Positions 55,630 to 64,000 of a stretch of 64,000 nucleotides of DNA are shown piece after piece. The stretch spans positions 5,022,001 to 5,086,000 of the forward strand of contig NC_092672.1 of NCBI RefSeq assembly GCF_964355755.1. The letters are read 5' to 3'. Source of the DNA: Antedon mediterranea (lineage: Eukaryota; Animalia; Echinodermata). Position 1 is the first letter of the stretch, and each line of letters opens with the position of its first letter. Position numbers and translations under genes: made by a program. Under the pieces are notes generated by a model. That model ran no database searches and was not told the origin of the DNA. It saw only the letters and a program-made list of their open reading frames with translations.

Positions 55630-57127
55630 AACTCCAATAGAGAAAAGAGCGTGTAAACAGAGGTTAACGAAAAGAGATCTTCATCTGGATTCATTGTGTT
55701 CTCTTTGTATTAATTTGTTCTCTTAGTTAGGCCTAATTGTTTTCAGTTTATTTAGAAAATAGGATTTTAGTGATTGGAAGCTATAAAGCAAGTGTTTTTA
55801 AGACTCTATTCTTCTCATTAACATGTATATTGATTGACTTACTAATCTAGTCATCTTGAACAATAGGTCTAAAGATAGCAGTAATTAAGTTTGTGGCTTA
55901 GTATAGTGTTGGGGACAAAGAGAAATATTGAAATAATCCTAACTGCAGATTGTGACCCAATTACAGACATCTACCAAAGTTTGTATCGTGTGTGCACCTG
56001 TACATTAATTATGAATTCAACAATGTTTGCTCTTGATTGTTGCAATAAGAGAATTTAAAATACAAGTTTGTAGTAATAGTCAATAAAAGAATACAAATCT
56101 GCTATAAAACACCTACAACCTCCTCCTCCCCTGCCATCGTTTCCATCACCTTACCTTTCCATCCCCTTCCTTTTCATCACCTTAACTTTCCATCACCTTC
56201 CTTTTCCATCACCACAAACTTTCTCCATTTTCATTCTTTTTTAAATTAGCCATTATAATGTATTTATACATTTTTATTGTTCATTGAAAAATATTTAATT
56301 CTTCATTTAAAATTCCTATAAAAGTTTAATATTCAATATTCATTCTAGCTTATTAATACATCTATTGATTATGATATGCATGATTATTAATTTTTTTTTG
56401 ATAGTTTTATTTCTACAATTACTGTATGTCATTTTTTTACTGCTAAATTTATTATAATTTTTTGTGTGTAAAATACACATAATATTATTAATAATAATTA
56501 ATATTTCAGAAAGTGGAACAAATAATATTATTGTGTAATAATTTTTTATGGTTATTTTATATTGTATTTTAATTTGTGTAATAATACTGGACATGAATAT
56601 GAAAAGAAAATCATTTTATATTTTGTTATACTATAGTCATTCAATGGTTTTAGATAATGGTTTTTCCCATGCTAATTAAACAACAAGATTTTTACAGGGA
56701 GAAGGAGGGAGTAGTTTTCACCAAAAAAAAGTAGAAAACTTTGTAATGATAAGGGCTTAAAGTTAAATTAGATATACTTTTAATATATCGAATCGTATAA
56801 AATTTAAAATCGTTTTTCTAAACACACTTCAAAGAACTAGTAATTCTCCTGGTAAGTAATAAAGACATACGTGTTCGGATTAGTGATTTAGCCCAGAATG
56901 ATTGACTGTGTGAAATCCATTATATTGTTAGCTAGCCACAGGCTGTTTATCAGACTACTGAATGAAGAAGTCAATATCTATTTGAATGAGTCAATCTGTA
57001 CACTATATTGTTCATTTATACTCTGATCACAAAGGTATATGGCATGGTAAACATGCTTGCTTTCCATACGTAAAAACACAACGTAAGGATAACAATACTT
57101 TAACCGCGCAACATCTTGCCATTTGTA

Positions 57128-57283
57128 AAGCTCTGTCCACACTATCAAACTTTATGTGACAAAAAGTATGATGTGCCCATATATGTACATGATGACATCA
57201 TATCACTACCATATTTGGGCATATCACTACCGTATTTGGGCACATCACACTTTTTTTGTCAGACTAGTTTGATAGACAGAGCT
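57128..57283 (+). mobile_element. MITE family A copy (two-unit internal variant)
   Basis: TIRs plus a duplicated atcactaccatatttgggca unit. Confidence 0.9.
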
Positions 57284-57389
57284 AAAGGTTGTATAACAAG
57301 TAGTGTAGTACACTACACTTTTTTTTTAATAGACATTTTTTTTTCCTTAAGACGTTTGCTTGTCAATATTCAGTTTAAATATGTTCTTG

Positions 57390-57703
57390 TTTGAAATTGA
57401 AATGAAATATATATTTATACTGGGTAACCTCTTCAGTCAAAGACTGGTCTCCCAGAGGGCCCAGTTGGTGATCAGTGGCTGTGATGTACTAATACACCGG
57501 GGTAACCCCCTACTCGTCTCGAAAGATGTACTAGGTTCTTTAAAGTGCACACGAGCTAGATGTGTACACTGGACCTACGGTTTATAGTCCTTATCCGAGA
57601 AGACTCGTTCTACCACCAGAACCATGGAGTGAGTGAGCTTCGAATGTTATGGCTAGGTAATTACGGTTCCACTGTCTTAACCGCTCGGCCACTCACTTGA
57701 CTC
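57390..57703 (-). mobile_element. Near full-length tRNA-derived Deu-domain SINE
   Basis: On the minus strand, the A box agtggccgagcggttaag is followed by tcttctcggataaggactataaaccgtaggtcc...taaagaacctagtacatctttcgagacgagtagggggttaccccggtgt. This resembles the Deu/Nin core of AmnSINE1 and zebrafish SINE3 (recalled). The tail is (atttca)n. Confidence 0.85.
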
Positions 57704-58213
57704 GAATATCAGTATACTCTCCCTGTACAGATGTACAGTTTAATAAGTATTCTTTGGTTGTAAAGTATTCTATTTTCTAGTTATTTATTAAATATTATAA
57801 AAATGTTTATTTCAATTATTTGAAGTAAAAATAGATTTTTTCTCAAGTTTCTCTTTATTGTTGATATCTCCAAAATATGATTTTAATATTTTTGTGTATG
57901 AATTATTATTCAGCAGATTAGATTATTTTAGTTGATTCATTCAAATGACACAGGCATACTATATTTTGAATATTTTATCTTGTTTTCTGGATTTTAACAC
58001 TTTTGGCCACATTTTGGCGACTTTAGGTTTTTAGTACGTAAAACGGTGGTAAAATGGTATTGATACTGTTGCTATTTTCTAAACTTGTTTGTTGTTTTAC
58101 CAAAAATGTATATGTAACCTTGTGATTATATTATTCATTTCCACGAATTACCTAACAACAGGATGTAAAACAGTGTAATTTAAAATGAGTTTTTTTTTCT
58201 TTCTTTTTTGTAG

Positions 58214-58265
58214 AACTCTGACACGGAATCGGATCTATTTCTAGCAAACCTCGCACCGAATCGAA
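58214..58265 (+). CDS. AUTS2: Coding exon (52 nt, phase 0-1); equivalent to AUTS2 exon 6
   Basis: Strong polypyrimidine tract (ttttttttctttcttttttgtAG) and donor GAA|GTAAGT. Encodes NSDTESDLFLANLAPNR plus 1 nt, compared with AUTS2 ASDASSEKLFNTVIVNK plus 1 nt (17 codons + 1, recalled). Confidence 0.87.
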
Positions 58266-58570
58266 GTAAGTTAATTTCTCACCACCTTCTTAGTTTTAAT
58301 TATATTGATTTTTTTGTTATAATTATGTAATGCTTTTTTGTCCTTCCTCTTTTGTAAAAATAACAAAGACATATCTCTCTATTATCAATGTATTTTGTGT
58401 AATTTCATAATTTTATAATTCTCTTTCATATTTCTCTTTCATAGTCCTCTTTCATAGGTTGATAAACACAATGTTGGGGTTTTTCTGCTATCACCTCTTC
58501 ATTATATATTAGCAATGACAACATGAATATTTATATTGCTTTTTCTTACTGCCATTGTCCTGACATGGAA

Positions 58571-58812
58571 TTGCCATACAGTATGACTTCTTCTCGGGCT
58601 TGCCATACAGTATGACTTCTTCTCGGGCTTGCCATACAGTATGACTTCTTCTCGGGCTTGCCATATAGTATGACTTCTTCTCGGGCCGGGGCTTGTCATA
58701 CAGTATGACTTCTTCTCGGGCCGGGGCTTGTCATACAGTATGACTTCTTCTCGGGCTTGCCATACAGTATGACTTCTTCTCGGGCTTGCCATACAGTATT
58801 ACTTCTTCTCGG
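58571..58812. repeat. 29-bp minisatellite (ttgccatacagtatgacttcttctcgggc), about 8 units, two with a 6-bp insertion
   Basis: Units start at 58571, 58600, 58629 and onward. Confidence 0.95.
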
Positions 58813-60021
58813 TCTTCTTCTTTAAAATAATAAACATGTTTGTTTTGTTTATCAATTTAGAAATACTGTTCATATTACAACTGTGGAGTTTGTTGTTTTG
58901 TATTTTGTTACAAATTATTCAATTGGTCTTTGTCATTGGCCTAACTTATTCTAATTGAATACTAAAAACAGTGTTGTTTTTGTTTATCTTATATCATCTT
59001 CAAATATATTTTTCACATTGTCTTCATATGAGTGTTTTTCACCACCCACTTGGGCCAGGAGGCTATAGGCTCAGTAGTTCCAAGGTGTAGCCTACGGCAG
59101 ACAAATTCTGACCAATGAAAGTAAATCTGGTTCAATAATGGAAGTATTAGGGTCTCAGTTGGGCCTTCACTCCAAATTTATGACACAAACAATCAACTGT
59201 CAGTCATACACACATGAAATATGAAAATGAAACCTGGCAATGTAGTGGTGGTCATTTCTATTTATAACTAATTTAATGGGCTACAACACAGGGCCCTTAA
59301 ATGTTGAGTTATTGGTTTAGGTTCCATATCAAATTTGTCACCAGTTTTAACAGGCACCAAACGTACAGTACATATCAAGCTGAAAAATGGAAGGTGGTTG
59401 GTTTCTGTAGGTATTTTTCATAAAGGCAGAGAGTATATCAATGCTGATATGCGACTATGTGAGAGGAATCTTTGCTTGAATTTGAGCTTTTTTTTTAGTA
59501 TTTTATTTTAGAAATCATCCCATATTAAAATTTGGTTATCTTTGTAAACATGGAAAAACCGTGAGCATGATAGGACAGGAGAAAAAAGTAGGGATATTTC
59601 GTGTTGGCATTTGTTAGTGCCTCCACACAGTTATAACAGCAACATAGCTGAAAGACTGTTATCAATTTAAAACTGATGTTTTTTACTTTTTTTTTATATT
59701 TCAAAATAACAAGATAATATTATTACTAAAAGTAAAAGACATTATTTGTTTTAATTTGATAATGTCCCAGTAAATTGGTGACCTTAGACACTCAATTTTG
59801 ATACATTTTCTATGCATCATTGGCAATTTCCTTTCATTGTATGTTGTTTTCCGCTATAGTGTCTTTCGATATTGTTTTTAAAAACCACATTTTGTTGGTC
59901 AATTTTTTTATTGAAAAAAGGGAAATGTTAGTATAATTATATAATAATCTGCTTTCATTAGGCCCTGTGGGTGTGAGTTTACCCCACATTTTGAGAAAAT
60001 TTCAGGCAAAAAAAGCTATTT

Positions 60022-60159
60022 GCTCTGGCTACACTATAGTTTGACAAACAAAGTGTGATGTGTCAAAATATGGTAGTGATGTGCCCAAATATGGTAGTGA
60101 TATGACATCATCAGGTCCATATATGGGCACATCATATTTCTTTTCATACAGTTTGATAG
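60022..60159 (-). mobile_element. MITE family A copy
   Basis: gctctggctacactatagtttgac...cagtttgatag. Confidence 0.85.
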
Positions 60160-60181
60160 GACTAAGATATGATTTTATTTT

Positions 60182-60312
60182 AAGCTCTGCTGTCTACACT
60201 ATCAAACTAGTTTGACAAAAAAGGTGTGATGTGCCCAAATATGGTAGTGATGTGCCCAAATATGGTAGTGATATGACATCATCAGGTCCATATATGGGCA
60301 CATCATAATTTT
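60182..60312 (-). mobile_element. MITE family A copy, adjacent to the previous one and truncated at one end
   Basis: aagctctgctgtctacactatcaaactagtttgac...atgggcacatcataatttt. Confidence 0.88.
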
Positions 60313-60546
60313 AGGCTGATCCCCATATTGGTTTCATTTATAAGCCTATCCTTCCTAGTTTCTAGTGTTTTTTTTACCAGTACAATTAATTTATAATATT
60401 GCAATGTTTCCATGTTGAAAATATTCACATTTAGTTTTACCTTTAGCCTTAAATATAATAATTTTACACTTTTTCTGGGTATTATTTAAATATAGTTACA
60501 CTGTTTGTTACAGTGACTGCCCAAATAAGAAACCAACTAAAAATTA

Positions 60547-60610
60547 TTTGTTACTGCAGTAATGCAGTTGTTACTGCAGTAACTACATTAGAATAATTTT
60601 GATATGATTC
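60547..60610 (-). repeat. Family E repeat fragment
   Basis: Reverse-complement match to 51053-51135. Confidence 0.55.
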
Positions 60611-63600
60611 CTAATATTGTCAACGAAACAAATTGATTATATCACAATAGTGAAGTTGTGCTTTTAATGTTTCTTTAATGTTTCTTTATTGAAGAATTCG
60701 TGTTCGCAATTAGGAAAGAAGAGAATGACATTAATTTCAAAATAGAATGATTACCAATTTGTTTAGCTTTTGATATTTAATTTTTATCTTTGCAATAAAG
60801 AGTTTATGAGGGACATTGTTATGTATCATTGCTTGTAGAAATGGTATTAATGTCTAAATTATTATTACTATGTTAAAATAGATTGATTACTAATTTACCG
60901 AATATCATCTCGCTGTGTTGTGAGTCACATGACAGTACGTTATTAAAGTTAACGGTACTGTCAGTGCTACAGTACGTCTTGGACTAATACGTGATATATA
61001 GTACATTGTAAAAATGTAATAATACATGACAATGACATTTCAGAGATGTGATATCAATATGAAAAAAAAAATGTAATAATAACATATTAAACTTACCAGT
61101 ACTGTTGTCATTGCTGGCTTGTGACTGAAATATAGTACATTTATATAACAAATTTACTAATGAAATTTCATTGCTATAGATAGATGTGATAATAAATTAT
61201 AATGCTTGTAAAAAAATGCAGTAATTACTGTATATAATAAAGTTACAGTAGGCCTATTGCTGAGGAAGTCATAACTCCTTCAAAAACCGGAATGATAAAG
61301 ATATAAATCCATAATACATTATGAATATAGAAACAAAAATTATAGAAATAGTACATATATAATAAATAATTTTTTTTTTCACGGTTTAGAATAATTACAA
61401 AGAACATGTGGCCAACCATGTCCAAAGTAATATTTAAAGATACCTTGTTGGTATTTTATCATTATTACTTGATTATTGGGTTAATATTATCAATACAGTA
61501 TCATAATATGTATGAATATGACATTAGAAATATTCAAATAATAATGGAATTCGGTCATTTCTTTAGTCTAATAGAAGCCTTTATTATAGAAATAAATTCT
61601 GTTAATGGAAATTTTTCAGATGTCAAATGTAACTGAAAATAATATGAATTTTACCTGACTGTCCTATTTCCATTTCAAGGTTAATTTGTAATTATGTACA
61701 AGAAATTATATCATAATTGTTCGAATTGAATCAAAAAGCTAGTTTCCTATTTAATTATAATAAATAATTCATTTGAATGAACTGTACATTAAATTGGGAT
61801 GTAATCAAGGTTGACTAATTATAAGGTCACAAAAAATTGTTTGTTTATAGTAAACCCGTCAAACAACATAGGGTGCGTTTAAAAACTTGAAGTTGCGGAG
61901 ATGTCAGTGGATAACTTGATTATTAATCTTTCCTTAACAAGTTTTTAATGGGTCTCTGTCTGTGTTTAGCGAGGCTTCGGAGGCCAGAGTTGATCAGGCA
62001 AATATACAGGGTACACTAATCTTTGGGACTATATAGTCGCCATTCGCCATATTTATATCTGTTTTCTGTTTCATACCTATCATATAAGTGGCAACTTTCG
62101 TTGCTGTTTGTTTTTGATGAAATAATAAAAAAAAAAGATAAATAAAAAATTCAGATATGAACAAAAGATTTCATGAAAAGTAAGCTACTTCCGCGCAAGT
62201 TTAAATTGTTTGCTTTTAGAAAGGAATAAGTTATAATATCATTGTGTTCGATTTTCAGAAAGAAATAAATTATCATTACATCATCATTAATAAAACTTTA
62301 AAAACATGTACGACATGCAATAGAATACCAGCACATTATAAAACAAATTTATTTTGGAGTAAATCGACTATAAAATGATACAACAAATATGAGTAATTAG
62401 CCATTTAGAAGCAAGGAGTGACTTGGCGTAAACTTAAATTGAATGAGGGGATAAAATTGGCAACACATGTGGCATCTCCTTTGGGATACATCCATTGATT
62501 TACTTCTGACCGTGATCGTAAGTGGTAATTTCACATTTGTGTTTTGGTGGAAAAATTCAATTTACCAGACGGAAGTTAAATCTCAGGATTGGCAATGTGG
62601 AATTGTTTTCAACCCCCACGTGTTCAACTGACACTACTAGTTTGTCCTAAATGTTTTTCGTTGAAAACTCGGAGGAATTTTATCACGTATTTAGTCGTGG
62701 AAATCATGTGATCATATCAATGTTGATGGAACCGTGTGTATGTGATCGTTATCTAATGTATCGGGAGGCGGCCTCTCTTTAGAGTTTGTTCACGTAGACG
62801 AGAATTGAAAATTAGAGCCAATGTATGGTGTGTGGAACACGTAAAGCAGAGTCCCAGTGCTTGCATGTTATGTGTGAAAAATGACAATTGCTACTTTCGA
62901 TTCTAGGTTAAAAATTAGTAGGGAGGGTTACTCATTCATAAATCATATACCGTGTTGATATGAAATACGAATATATACTGTGTTTGTTTGAAATGCTACA
63001 CTTTTTTTTTTAATTTCCAAAAGAAACTGTAAAATTTTATTTATGAGTTAAAAATAAGGCTTTTGATATTTTTCTGTTACGTGTACAAAGATCAGAGGTT
63101 TCAAATGGTCCGATTAACTTTTTTTTAACATTAACGTTCCTACTCAGGGTCTTAGTAGTTGTTTTTGAAAAAATAATTTGCAATGTAACTACTACAGTAC
63201 ATATTTCTTTTGTCTTTATTGTCTCCCTATTACTACTTTTTTACTACAGTATATCTGCCATATTTGCATACAGGTGGCCATAATTAAAAATAGCAGTTTA
63301 TTTGAAAGGTGTTATAGGCAGTGCTCCTTTCTTTCACCTTTTTATACAGTAGTTTCTGATATTTTTTATTATAGATTCTTTCCTATTGTTTAATTGAATT
63401 GAATAATCTTGAATAATTCTAAGCTACCTGGGAACGATTCTGGGTTGATGTATGGTTTCCTGAATGACTTGAAGGCATTAGATAACTTCATCAAAGTCCA
63501 GGTTCAAGGTTACCTTTAGACAGATGTAGGCCTAGGTTAAAATTTACTTAAACAAATTATGACCTAGACTCTGTGGTGACAGATTGACCTCTAATTAAGT

Positions 63601-64000
63601 TGTTAAATAAGCTAATTAAACGAGACTTATTAATTAAACGATGTCTCTAGATTTAATTAGGGCTTAATTTTCCGAATGATGGTGCATTTTTAGAGCTGAT
63701 GGATTTAAGTTGATTTTTATTTTTAGATTATTCATCTTCCTCTGTCCTTCAAGATTTAGCAGTTTAATAATTATTTTTAAATAGGATTATTGCTGATTGT
63801 ATCACAGTTTCCAATTTAAAAAATGAAATCATAATTCATCCAGTAAAAATGTTTTTTTAAATGTTGTTACTTTAACAATACAGACTTGGTTTTAATTCTA
63901 TATCACAAAAATGTTGAACTTTTTGCCTATATATGTAAAGATACAACATTTTTATGTCTTTATGATTGTTGTACTGTATATAGTAGTGTATAAACTTTTA

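Larger units (their letters stand above)
14708..58213 (+). other. Giant intron (43,506 bp if no internal exon is used) between the exon-5 and exon-6 equivalents
   Basis: GT at 14708 and AG at 58212-58213; phase 0 on both sides. Confidence 0.75.

Noticed and set aside
56830-56860. Consensus donor CTG|GTAAGT 1.36 kb upstream of exon 6 (possible alternative first exon)
   Set aside because: Nearby acceptors give stop-containing or frame-breaking exons, and there is no promoter evidence. It cannot be supported without CAGE or RNA-seq.
58502-58792. 96-aa minus-strand ORF
   Set aside because: It is a translation of the 29-bp minisatellite.

Overview
This is very AT-rich animal (invertebrate-looking) genomic DNA, not prokaryotic. 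None of the supplied six-frame ORFs looks like a real gene. Reading splice signals by eye shows that the window lies inside one large + strand gene of the AUTS2/FBRSL1/tay-bridge family. Four tiny coding exons of 102, 36, 30 and 52 nt splice to ...SRLSD|ESSHTSSGRGYI|CDVESEEDTR|NSDTESDLFLANLAPNR. From memory, these match human AUTS2 exons 3-6 (...RERLSD|SSAPSSLGTGYF|CDSDSDQEEK|ASDASSEKLFNTVIVNK) in motif, codon count and phase. The 43.5-kb intron between the exon-5 and exon-6 equivalents holds one good and two weaker extra in-frame microexon candidates. The introns also contain many non-repetitive, CpG-retaining islands of 200-600 bp that look like enhancers, several with clustered or 10-bp-phased TAATCC (Otx/Pitx-class) sites. 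The rest is transposable-element debris: about 10 copies of one MITE (one with a nested MITE), Deu-domain and other tRNA-derived SINEs, a 1.26-kb non-autonomous TIR element, an RTE-like LINE fragment and several minisatellites. All homology calls are from recall and were not confirmed by a search.
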